Shown here one piece after another: positions 1-9,218 of a stretch of 64,000 bases of DNA (its first letter is position 1; each line of letters opens with the position of its first letter). Position numbers and translations under genes: made by a program. Origin of the DNA: a bacterium (lineage in GTDB: Bacteria > Eisenbacteria > RBG-16-71-46); contig JAYWEM010000084.1 of NCBI GenBank assembly GCA_043779265.1, positions 1-64,000 on the forward strand, in the 5' to 3' direction. The notes below the pieces were generated by a model, which was not told the DNA's origin, did no database searches, and saw only the letters and a program-made list of their open reading frames with translations.

Positions 1-1
1 C

Positions 2-580
2 ACGGCGCGGGTGGACCTCGGCGTGGTGGGGATCGCGGTGCCGCGGTTCACGGCCGAGGGCGAGGCGGCGGGCGTGCGGGTGCGCTGGACGGTGGCGGAC
101 GCACAGGGCGTCACGGGATTCCGAGTGCACCGCATGGGCGTGGGCGTGATCGCCGAGCAGGGCATGCGAGGTGAGGGCGAGTACGAAGTGCTCGACGAGT
201 CGGCGACTCCCGGGTCGCGCGCGAGCTATCGGCTCGAAGTGAAGCGTGGGAATGCGAGCGAGTGGCTCGGGCCGGTCGAGGGCATGCGCGTCGAAGTGGC
301 GACGCGGCTCGCCTGGACTCGTGTGGGCCCGAGTCCGTTCTCGAGCGAGGTGGCCATGACGCTCGTGCTGCCCGTGGAGTCAGAGTTGTCCGTGCGGGTG
401 TTCGACCTGGCCGGCCACGAGGTGGCGAGGCTTCACGAGGGGAGAGCCGCAGCGGGAGCACTCGATCTGCGGTGGCGCGGCGACCATGCACGTGGCGGGC
501 GAGTGCCTGCCGGCGTGTACTTGGTGCGGGCTCGCACCGGAGCCGACGAGATCGTGAGGCGCGTCGTCCGCGTCGAGTAG
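2..580 (+). CDS. C-terminal part of a secreted protein with an FlgD-Ig/T9SS-like C-terminal domain (5' truncated by the window)
   Basis: Frame is open from the window edge. Ends with GPSPF...VRVFDLAGHEVARL...WRGDHARGGRVPAGVYLVRA...RRVVRVE, typical of FlgD-Ig/CTD tails. Confidence 0.8.
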   Translation, partial: TARVDLGVVGIAVPRFTAEGEAAGVRVRWTVADAQGVTGFRVHRMGVGVIAEQGMRGEGEYEVLDESATPGSRASYRLEVKRGNASEWLGPVEGMRVEVATRLAWTRVGPSPFSSEVAMTLVLPVESELSVRVFDLAGHEVARLHEGRAAAGALDLRWRGDHARGGRVPAGVYLVRARTGADEIVRRVVRVE

Positions 581-593
581 TCGATCCGTCGGC

Positions 594-1298
594 TCACCCC
601 TTCACGGGCCTCGCCGGCCGCATCTCGACCCGGCTGTGGAGCGCGCGCGGGTTCGTGTGCAGCAGGTCCACCACCATCTCGCCCACGTCCTCGGGCGTCA
701 GTGCCCAGTCGGCCTTGGCCGCGGAGCCGCGTCCGAACTCGGTCGCGACGCTGCCGGGCATCAGGTAGGTGACGCGGATGCCGTCGTCGCGGACCTCCTG
801 GAACAGCACTTCGCTCATGCCGTTGACCGCGTGCTTGCTGGCGCAGTAGGCGCTCGCGCCGACGAACGCATTGCGGCCCGCGAGCGAGGACACATTGAAG
901 ATGTAGCCGGCGCCTCGGGTCTTCATCTGCGGGATGGCCTCGCGCGTGCAATAGAACACGCCGTTCACGTTGGTCTCGATCACCGCGTGCCAGTCCTCGA
1001 TGCTCATCTCGGCGAGCTTGGCGAACACACCGACGCCGGCGTTGTTGACCAGCACATCGGCGCCGCCCAGGTCCTTGGCGACCGATGCGAACAGTGCCTG
1101 CACATCGGCGTAGTGCCGCACGTCGCACGCATAGCCACGGGCACCGCGGCCGATCTCGGAGGCGGCCTGGTCGGCATCGGACTGCTTGCGGGCCGTCAGC
1201 GCGACCGTGTAGCCGTCGGCGGCGAGCGCCTCGGCGACGCCTCGGCCGATACCGCGATTGCCGCCGGTGATGACGGCGATCTTCTGGTCCTTGGTCAT
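594..1298 (-). CDS. SDR family oxidoreductase
   Basis: TGGNRGIG, NNAG and YCASK motifs. Confidence 0.93.
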   Translation of the reverse strand: MTKDQKIAVITGGNRGIGRGVAEALAADGYTVALTARKQSDADQAASEIGRGARGYACDVRHYADVQALFASVAKDLGGADVLVNNAGVGVFAKLAEMSIEDWHAVIETNVNGVFYCTREAIPQMKTRGAGYIFNVSSLAGRNAFVGASAYCASKHAVNGMSEVLFQEVRDDGIRVTYLMPGSVATEFGRGSAAKADWALTPEDVGEMVVDLLHTNPRALHSRVEMRPARPVKG

Positions 1299-1326
1299 GC
1301 GGGACTCCTTCGGAGACGAGTGGTGT

Positions 1327-1782
1327 TCAGTCGGCGGGCGGGAACGCCCGCAGCAATCGGCCGTGCTTGGCGCCCTCTTCCAGTGCGATCTCGACCAGGT
1401 GGCCGGGCATGAAGCCGTGGTCTTCGCCGGTCAGTCGGCGCGTGATGGCCGAGACGAGCGGCATGTGGCTGACGACCAGCAGGCGGCCGGTGCCGAGTCC
1501 ATGCGCCTGAAGCGCGAGGAGGGCCTCATCGGCCTCGGAGTCGGGCATCAGATCCGAGACCACCTGGGGTTCGATGCGCGAATCGAGCCCGAGGAGCAGA
1601 CCGGCCATGGTCTGCCGGGCGCGGCGATAGGGGCTGACACAGGCGGCATCCGGCGGTAGGGCCTCGGCCAACAGCCTCGCGGCCAGGCGGCGCACGGCCG
1701 ACTCACCCTCGTGCGTCAGGCTGGCCTCGGCATGCATGCCGTCGGCACGGCCGTGGCGCGCGAGCAGCAGGGTGGAGGTCAT
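1327..1782 (-). CDS. SixA-like histidine phosphatase
   Basis: LLLARHG, SPYRRARQT and VSHMP motifs. True start is the ATG at 1782, inside the long listed ORF. Confidence 0.88.
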   Translation of the reverse strand: MTSTLLLARHGRADGMHAEASLTHEGESAVRRLAARLLAEALPPDAACVSPYRRARQTMAGLLLGLDSRIEPQVVSDLMPDSEADEALLALQAHGLGTGRLLVVSHMPLVSAITRRLTGEDHGFMPGHLVEIALEEGAKHGRLLRAFPPAD

Positions 1783-1914
1783 TCGGGCAGGGTGTCGCGC
1801 TTCGACCGGCCGGGCAAGCGGGGGCCGTTGGTCGTTCGGTTGCCCCCACTCCCGAGCGGCCTCTACCATCATCGCCCCCGACACCCGTTCCTCTCCCAGG
1901 AGATGTCCCTCATA

Positions 1915-4900
1915 ATGAGCCGGTTCCTCGAGACGATCCGCGAGCGCGTGCTGTTCTTCGATGGCGGCATGGGCACGCAGATCCAGGCGCGCGACCTCGG
2001 GCCCGAGGACTTCGGCGGCAAGCGCTGGGAGGGCTGCCTCGACTACCTGTCGGTGACGCGGCCCGACGTGCTGCAGTCGATCCATGAGACCTACTTCGAG
2101 CACGGCGCCGACTGCGTCGAGACCAACTCGTTCCAGGCCTCCAAGCTTCGGCTCGAGGAGTGGGACCTGGGCGATCGCACCATCGAGATCAATCGCGCCG
2201 CGGCTCACAATGCCCGCGTCGTGGCCGACCGACTCACCGCCGCCGACGACCAGCCGCGATTCGTGGCGGGCTCGATGGGCCCCTCGGGATTCCTGCCGTC
2301 CTCCGAGGACGCCGATCTCGGCCAGAAGACGCTGGTCGATCTGGTCGCCTCGTTCGAGGAGCAGGCGGTCGGCCTGATCGAGGGCGGCTCCGATGTGCTG
2401 ATCCTGGAGACGTGCCAGGACATCCTCGAGATGAAGGCGCAGATCCTCGCGTGCCGTGCCGCGATGGCGAGCGTCGGTCGCAAGCTCCCGATCCAGGCTT
2501 CGATCACGCTCGATCCGACGGGCCGCATGCTGCTCGGCACGGATTTTCGCGGCGCACTGGCGACGCTCGAGGCGATGCAGGTGGACGTGATCGGGCTCAA
2601 CTGCTCGACCGGTCCCGACCTGATGCGCGACGCGATCCGCTACCTGTGCGAGAACGCGTCGATGCCGGTGCACTGCATCCCCAATGCCGGCCTGCCGATC
2701 AACGACGGCGGCCGCACGCTCTATCCGATGCGTCCCGAGCCGATGGCCGAGACGCTGCGTGAGTTCGTGCAGGACTTCGGCGTCGGCATCGTGGGCGGAT
2801 GCTGCGGCACCACGCCCGAACACATCCGCGCGCTGGTCGCCGCCATCGGTCGCGGCACCAAGCCGCGCGAGCGAGCGGGCCGCAGCCGCTGGTACGTCTC
2901 CTCGGGCATGACCGCCGTGGCGCTCGAGCAGGAGCCGAGGCCGCTGCTGATCGGCGAGCGGCTCAACACGCAGGGCTCGCGCAAGGTCAAGCGTCTGGCG
3001 CTCGAGAGCGACTACGAGGCGATGCTCCCGATCGCTCGCGACCAGGTCGAGGGCGGCGCGCACGTGCTCGATGTGTGCCTGGCGCTGACCGAGCGCACCG
3101 ACGAGAAGGCGATGATGCGCACGCTCGTCAAGAAGCTATCGCTCTCGGTCGAGGCGCCGCTGTGCATCGACTCGACCGAGGCGGACGTGATCGAGGTCGC
3201 GCTGCAGACCTGCCCCGGCTCGGCCATCGTCAACAGCATCAATCTGGAGAACGGCCGCGAGCGCATCGATGCGGTGATGCCGCTGGTCGTGCGCTACGGC
3301 GCCGCCGTCATCGCCCTGACGATCGACGAGGTCGGCATGGCCAAGACCGCCGCGCGCAAGCTCGAGGTGGCGCGCCGCATCCATGACATTTGCAAGGACG
3401 AGTACGGACTGCCCCCTGAGCGCCTGATCTTCGATGACCTCACGTTCACGCTCGCCACGGGCGATGCCGAGTTCCTCGACTCGGGGATCGAGACCATCGA
3501 GGGCATCCGCATCATCAAGCGCGAACTGCCCGGCGTGCTCACGTCACTCGGCGTCTCCAACGTGTCGTTCGGGCTGGGCAAGGAGGCGCGCGCGGTGCTC
3601 AACAGCGTGTTCCTCTACCATTGCGTCCAGGCCGGCCTCGACATGGCCATCGTCAATCCCGCCGACGTGATCCCGATCGCCGAGCTCTCGGCCGTGGACC
3701 GCAAGCTGGCCGAGGACCTGGTGTTCAACCGAGACCCCCAGGCCCTGGCGCACTACATCACGCACTTCGAGGGGCGTGCACCCGACGCGCGCTCCAAGGA
3801 GGACGATGCCGCCGAGGCGGCGATGAGCGTGGAGCAGAAGCTCCACTTCCAGATCCTGCACCGCAAACCCGCCGGCATCGAGGCGCTGGTCGATGAGGCG
3901 GTCAAGCGGCAGGACCCGGTCGTCGTGCTCAATACCGTTCTGCTGCCGGCGATGAAGGAAGTCGGCGACAAGTTCGGCTCCGGCGAGTTGATCCTGCCGT
4001 TCGTGCTGCAGAGCGCCGAGGTGATGAAGAAGGCGGTGGCTCAACTCGAGCGCTATCTGGAGAAGAGCGGCGATGTGACCAAGGGCCGCGTGGTGCTCGC
4101 CACGGTGTTCGGCGACGTGCACGACATCGGCAAGAACCTGGTCAAGACGATCCTGAGCAACAACGGTTACACCGTCTACGATCTGGGCAAGCAGGTGCCG
4201 GTGCAGCGCATCCTCGAGAAGGCGCAGGAGGTCGGGGCCACCGCCATCGGCCTGTCGGCGTTGCTCGTCTCGACGAGCAAGCAGATGCCGATCTGCGTCG
4301 GCGAGCTGCATCGCCTGAGTCTCGAGTACCCGCTGCTGATCGGCGGCGCGGCGATCAACCGCAACTTCGGGCGGCGTGCCGCGCTGATCGGCGGCGAGGT
4401 TCTGTACGCGCCTGGCGTCTACTACTGCAAGGACGCGTTCGAGGGCCTCGATGTCATGAACGCGCTGACCGACCCAGTGGAGGCTCCCAAGCTGATCGAG
4501 CGTTCCAAGCGCGAGGCGTTCGAGTTCAAGACCAAGTCCGCCGAGTTGGAGCAGCGCGCCGCCGCATCGAGCGCGCAGCAGAAGGACTTCAAGGTCACGG
4601 TCTCGCGCGATGTCACCATCCCGGCGCCGCCGTTCTGGGGCCCGCGCGTCACCACCAGCAAGCAGGTCCCGTTCGCCGGCATGTACGAGGGGATGGACCT
4701 GAAGACCCTGTACCGGCTCCACTGGGGCGCTCGTGGCACGGGAGCGCCGTACGATGCGCTCATCGCCAGCGACTTCGAGCCGCGACGCCTCAAGCTCCAG
4801 CACGAGGCCGAGCACAAGGGCTGGCTGCGGCCGATCGCCTCGTACGGCTACTTCCCGTGCCAGAGCGAGGGCCAGGATCTCGTCGTCTATGACGCGACTG

Positions 4901-5409
4901 CGTTCCACCCTGGCTCGCTCACACCGCGCGGCAAGATCGAGGAAGTGGCGCGATTCACGTTCCCGCGTCAGGAGGACCGAGAGGGGCTTTGCCTTTCGGA
5001 CTACTTCCTGCCGGCGGATGGCTCCAAGTTCGATGTGATCGCGTTCCAGATCGTCACCGTCGGCAGCGGTGCAGATGAACTGTGCGCTGCGCTCAACGCG
5101 CGTGGCGAGTACGCCGACGCGCTGTTCATCCACGGGCTCGCGATGGCCGCCACCGAAGGCCTCGCCGAGTGGCACCACCGCCACATGCGCGCCGAGCTCG
5201 GATTGGGCGCCGACCGCGGCAAGCGCTACTCGTTCGGCTACAGCGCCTGCCCCGATCTGGCCGACCAGGCCAAGCTGTTCCAGCTGCTGCAGCCCGACAC
5301 CTCGATCGGCGTGACGCTGACGAGCGCCTTCCAGCTGGTGCCGGAGGCCTCGACGAGCGCGTTGGTCGTGCACCACCCCGAAGCGCTCTACTACATGGTG
5401 CGCGAGTAG
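1915..5409 (+). CDS. metH: Cobalamin-dependent methionine synthase
   Basis: FFDGGMGT, GLNC, GGCCG, IGERLN, GDVHDIGKN and RYSFGYSACPDL motifs. Start could be 1903 or 1915. Confidence 0.96.
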   Translation: MSRFLETIRERVLFFDGGMGTQIQARDLGPEDFGGKRWEGCLDYLSVTRPDVLQSIHETYFEHGADCVETNSFQASKLRLEEWDLGDRTIEINRAAAHNARVVADRLTAADDQPRFVAGSMGPSGFLPSSEDADLGQKTLVDLVASFEEQAVGLIEGGSDVLILETCQDILEMKAQILACRAAMASVGRKLPIQASITLDPTGRMLLGTDFRGALATLEAMQVDVIGLNCSTGPDLMRDAIRYLCENASMPVHCIPNAGLPINDGGRTLYPMRPEPMAETLREFVQDFGVGIVGGCCGTTPEHIRALVAAIGRGTKPRERAGRSRWYVSSGMTAVALEQEPRPLLIGERLNTQGSRKVKRLALESDYEAMLPIARDQVEGGAHVLDVCLALTERTDEKAMMRTLVKKLSLSVEAPLCIDSTEADVIEVALQTCPGSAIVNSINLENGRERIDAVMPLVVRYGAAVIALTIDEVGMAKTAARKLEVARRIHDICKDEYGLPPERLIFDDLTFTLATGDAEFLDSGIETIEGIRIIKRELPGVLTSLGVSNVSFGLGKEARAVLNSVFLYHCVQAGLDMAIVNPADVIPIAELSAVDRKLAEDLVFNRDPQALAHYITHFEGRAPDARSKEDDAAEAAMSVEQKLHFQILHRKPAGIEALVDEAVKRQDPVVVLNTVLLPAMKEVGDKFGSGELILPFVLQSAEVMKKAVAQLERYLEKSGDVTKGRVVLATVFGDVHDIGKNLVKTILSNNGYTVYDLGKQVPVQRILEKAQEVGATAIGLSALLVSTSKQMPICVGELHRLSLEYPLLIGGAAINRNFGRRAALIGGEVLYAPGVYYCKDAFEGLDVMNALTDPVEAPKLIERSKREAFEFKTKSAELEQRAAASSAQQKDFKVTVSRDVTIPAPPFWGPRVTTSKQVPFAGMYEGMDLKTLYRLHWGARGTGAPYDALIASDFEPRRLKLQHEAEHKGWLRPIASYGYFPCQSEGQDLVVYDATAFHPGSLTPRGKIEEVARFTFPRQEDREGLCLSDYFLPADGSKFDVIAFQIVTVGSGADELCAALNARGEYADALFIHGLAMAATEGLAEWHHRHMRAELGLGADRGKRYSFGYSACPDLADQAKLFQLLQPDTSIGVTLTSAFQLVPEASTSALVVHHPEALYYMVRE

Positions 5410-5440
5410 CGTTTCGGCGCCGCTGCCAGAGGAGCTCGGG

Positions 5441-6037
5441 ATGCCGGGATTCGACGTGGTGCCGGTCACGCTCGAGGGCGAGCACGTTCGCATGGAGCCG
5501 CTCGATCTGGCGCGGCATGGCGCCGGGCTCGAGGCGATCGGGCTCGAGCCCTCGCTGTGGGCGTTCACGATGAACCAGGTCCGGAGCCTCGGGGACCTGC
5601 GCGCCTATCTGCGGACAGCGGTCGATGAACGGCGAGACGGCGTCTCGCTGCCGTTCGCCACGATCCATCGCGCGAGCGGCGAGGTCGCCGGGTGCACCCG
5701 GTTCGGGAGCATCGTCGTGCCGCACCGGCGCGTCGAGATCGGCTGGACCTGGGTGGGCGCCGCATACCGCCGAACCGCCGTCAACACCGAGGCCAAGCGC
5801 CTCATGCTCCGTCACGCCTTCGAGGTCTGGGGCGTGAACCGCGTGGAGCTGAAGACCGGCGCGCTCAACTGGCCGTCCCGCAATGCGATGACGCGGCTGG
5901 GGCTGGTGGAGGAGGGCACGCTGCGCCAACACGTGGTGCAGGACGACGGATCCACGCGCGACAACGTCTACTTCAGCATCGTGCGCGAGGAATGGCCGGC
6001 GATGGACGCACGACTCGCGGCGATGCTCGCGCGCTGA
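5441..6037 (+). CDS. GNAT family N-acetyltransferase (RimJ/RimL type)
   Basis: VEIGWTW, NTEAKRLML.HAFE and EGTLRQH motifs. Confidence 0.9.
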   Translation: MPGFDVVPVTLEGEHVRMEPLDLARHGAGLEAIGLEPSLWAFTMNQVRSLGDLRAYLRTAVDERRDGVSLPFATIHRASGEVAGCTRFGSIVVPHRRVEIGWTWVGAAYRRTAVNTEAKRLMLRHAFEVWGVNRVELKTGALNWPSRNAMTRLGLVEEGTLRQHVVQDDGSTRDNVYFSIVREEWPAMDARLAAMLAR

Positions 6038-6041
6038 TCGC

Positions 6042-9000
6042 TCAGCGACCGGTGGCCACGAACGCGGCCCAGTAGAACGGATGCGTGCTGCGCTTGGCGT
6101 CGCGCCGCGCCGCGAGCACACGCGAGTGCGCGCGGCGGATCGCAGCCGCCGCCTCGGTGACGCCGGCAGCACGCGCGTCGTAGAGCTCGCGCATCCACTC
6201 CCGCGTGGCCGCATCCTCGACGGCCCACAGGCTGGCGATCACCGTGCGCGCACCGCTGAGCTGGAATGCGCGCCGCATTCCCAGCGAGCCCTGATGCGGC
6301 CATTGCGACGCCATGCCGGCGTGGCACGCGGAGAGCACCACCCAGTCGACGGCGCGCAGGTCGAGCAGCGAGACCTCCTCGGCCGTGAGCCAGCCATCGG
6401 AGTCAGCGACCCCGCGGTCTTCGGCGCCAGCCTCACCGGTGAGCGCCAACAGCACACGACGCCCCAGCCAAGGCAGCTCGGCCGGCTCCGGCCGCGTCGG
6501 CTTTGCCAAGACACCCGGATGCCGCCGTGCTGTCGCGGAGGCCTCGACGCGCGACACGCCTCCCACGCCGCGCATCCCCACCGAGGGCGTGCGGCAGGTG
6601 TCCTCGAGTACGACGCCATGGGTCGCCAGGTGCAGGATCGTGCTGCGGGGCGCCTCGCGACGGAACGCCATCTCCGAGGCCTGAGCGCCCACCAGTGCCA
6701 CCGCGTGGCCGCCCCGTTGTGTCCAGGCGAGCGCCAAGTCGGCGACTTCGAGGCGGGCGGACGGCAGTGACTCGAGCCGAGCACGCGTCACGGGCGTGCA
6801 ATCGGACGAGCCATCACGCAGGGCCAAGAGCTCCCCGGTTCGCGAGGCGCGAGCGCCTCTCTCGCCGAACTCGGGATCTCCCAGTGCCAGGAGCTGGCCA
6901 TCGGATCGAGTCGCTGCCGTGCGCAGACGCTCGCGTTCGGACGAGAGCACGCGAAGGGCCGGTCCGGACTCGACGAGGAAGCGCCCCGCGTCGGTGGGAA
7001 GAGCGCCCCAGGGCAGGTCCAACACCAGTCCGTCCTCGACGACGTCGATGTGAGTCGTCGGCCCCAGGGCCGCGACCACCGGGTCCCAGAGCCGCTCGCG
7101 CACCGCCATCCCCGCAGCGCGACACGCTCGCTCTGCGCGGGTCCGCCCCTGCGCCGACTGCGCCGGGCTCGCCTCGAGTTGGTCCCGCCATGCATCGACC
7201 AGCGCGCGCAGTTCGGCCGTCGGTCCGAGGTCGATGCAGCGGGGCGTGCGGTCCTCTCCCGTGGCCAGCAATGCGAGCAGACGCTCGCGGCCTCGCCCGA
7301 TACTCACGTCCGCGAACGAGACGATGGCTTCATCGGAGGCAAGCGTTCCGAGCACACCCTGCAGGCTGGCGGCGGTCTCCGGAGCGCTCGCGCGTTCACC
7401 GGCGAGCCGGACGTAGCGGCGTTCCTCCTCCTCGGCCGTGACGCGAGCTGCATCGGCGCGCTCGCGCCAGGCGGCGCCATGCTCGGCGGCGCCCGGGGCC
7501 ACGATGAGGCGAGCGAGCCGACGTTGCGCCGCTGCCCAGGAGCGATGGGCGTCACGCAGTGCCGGGTCATCGTCTGTGGGGGTTCGCAGTCGCGCGATCT
7601 CGTCCTGGACGGCGCCGCGCCACCCGACGAGCCGGTCCCATGCCGTCGCCAGACGGCCACTCGGTGCGTCGGCGGCGAGCCAGAGCAGGACATCGAGCGA
7701 GCTCGACAGCTGATGCGCGAGCTCGAGTGCGCGGGACTCGGGCATGCCGCGAGCGTCGGAGAGCGCCTTGATGAGCGCCAGCGAGTCGGTCGTGAACGCG
7801 TGCGCCCAAGCGTCCTCCACGAGTCCGACGCGAGCCTCGGCTCGGGCACGCGCCAACTGGACGGACGAGAACACGTTGTTGCGGCGCAATCCGGTCGAGT
7901 CCGCGATGCGCTCGAATGCCATCCCCAGCTCCCGGACTTTCACGGCCTGTCCCGTGACCTCCGACAGTTCGAAGAGCCCCCGCACGAGCTCCGCCCGGAT
8001 CGTGCCGCGTTCATCTTGAGTATGCGAGGCGCGTTCGAGAGCGAGCTCGAGATCCGTGCGCGCCGCATCAGGCTGCGCCCTTCCGGCGCGGATACCGGCG
8101 TGCACATGTCGGATGAACAGCAGGTTCGAGTCGTGGCGAATCGAATCGGCCATCGCGAGCCGGCGCGCCTCCTCGAGGAGCAGGAGCGCACCCGTTGTGT
8201 CCCCGATCATGCTGCGTGCCTCGGCGCGGTAGATCGTGTTGTTGACGGCGAGGAAGTGGTCCGGTCCGAGATTCCGGCTCAGCAATGCGACGGCACGCGC
8301 GAACTCGCGTTCGGCCGCACGCCAGTCGCTGACGAGCGCCAGCCGCAAGCCGAGCAGTGCGTGCAGCCGCCCGACGGCGAGCGTCGAGTCGCCCTCGGCG
8401 CGCCGAGTCAGCTCGAGCGCGCGTTGAGCGAAATCGACGGATTCACTCAGGTCCCCGAGGTTGCGCGCCAGGATCGAGAGGCTGCGGTAGAGAGGACCCA
8501 GAGTCCGCGCATGCGCGATCGGATCGCCCTCGAGGATCTGCCGCGCCTCGTGAAGTGCGGCCAGCGCGCTGTCGTAATCGGCCGCGGCTGTTGCGGCCAC
8601 ACCCAGGTCGGTGAGCATCTCGCCGACGCGCTGCAGGTTCCCGGGACGCGTCCGGTCGAGCATGCTGGCACCGGCTCGCATGCCATGCATCGCGGGCGAC
8701 CACTGACGAAGCATCGCCTGTGCGCGACCCCGCAGGAAGGCGCACTCGCCGCGCAGCGAGTCGTCGTGGATCGCACGCGGCTCGAGCCCGGCGAGCATGA
8801 GGAGCGCGCTGTCGGGCTGTCCCCATCCGATTCGCAGGGCGGCGCCGATCAGACGCATGCGGGCAGCGGTGCTGGCCTGCCCAGGCAGGCGATCATGGAG
8901 TTCCGCTGCGATTCGCACGCTCGCGATCGCTGCATCGCGGCGCGGTGTGCGCCCCGTCCACGCGATTTCGGCACGTTCCCTGTGCACTCTGGCCAGCAGC

Positions 9001-9218
9001 GCGGTGTCGCGGCTGGCCAGCGATGCGAGGTGCGCGAGCAGGTCGCGCGCAAGGCTGTCCGCGAGCACGAGCTGACGAGCCTCTCGCGCTGCACGGATCT
9101 GGCCGAGATCCGGGTCAGCTGCACTCCCACGCGGCGCGAGTAGAAGAAGCCCCATCACGGCCATCAAAGCGAATCGGACACACGTGGTGCGGCGGTGTGT
9201 GCTCCCCGCCCGGGTCAT
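6042..9218 (-). CDS. Secreted TPR-CHAT (caspase-like) protease
   Basis: ATG at 9218 overlaps the kinase stop (ATGA). Signal-like N-terminus, TPR-like helices, catalytic ILHLATHG and VVLSACHAG, terminal HPFYWAAF. Confidence 0.9.
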   Translation of the reverse strand: MTRAGSTHRRTTCVRFALMAVMGLLLLAPRGSAADPDLGQIRAAREARQLVLADSLARDLLAHLASLASRDTALLARVHRERAEIAWTGRTPRRDAAIASVRIAAELHDRLPGQASTAARMRLIGAALRIGWGQPDSALLMLAGLEPRAIHDDSLRGECAFLRGRAQAMLRQWSPAMHGMRAGASMLDRTRPGNLQRVGEMLTDLGVAATAAADYDSALAALHEARQILEGDPIAHARTLGPLYRSLSILARNLGDLSESVDFAQRALELTRRAEGDSTLAVGRLHALLGLRLALVSDWRAAEREFARAVALLSRNLGPDHFLAVNNTIYRAEARSMIGDTTGALLLLEEARRLAMADSIRHDSNLLFIRHVHAGIRAGRAQPDAARTDLELALERASHTQDERGTIRAELVRGLFELSEVTGQAVKVRELGMAFERIADSTGLRRNNVFSSVQLARARAEARVGLVEDAWAHAFTTDSLALIKALSDARGMPESRALELAHQLSSSLDVLLWLAADAPSGRLATAWDRLVGWRGAVQDEIARLRTPTDDDPALRDAHRSWAAAQRRLARLIVAPGAAEHGAAWRERADAARVTAEEEERRYVRLAGERASAPETAASLQGVLGTLASDEAIVSFADVSIGRGRERLLALLATGEDRTPRCIDLGPTAELRALVDAWRDQLEASPAQSAQGRTRAERACRAAGMAVRERLWDPVVAALGPTTHIDVVEDGLVLDLPWGALPTDAGRFLVESGPALRVLSSERERLRTAATRSDGQLLALGDPEFGERGARASRTGELLALRDGSSDCTPVTRARLESLPSARLEVADLALAWTQRGGHAVALVGAQASEMAFRREAPRSTILHLATHGVVLEDTCRTPSVGMRGVGGVSRVEASATARRHPGVLAKPTRPEPAELPWLGRRVLLALTGEAGAEDRGVADSDGWLTAEEVSLLDLRAVDWVVLSACHAGMASQWPHQGSLGMRRAFQLSGARTVIASLWAVEDAATREWMRELYDARAAGVTEAAAAIRRAHSRVLAARRDAKRSTHPFYWAAFVATGR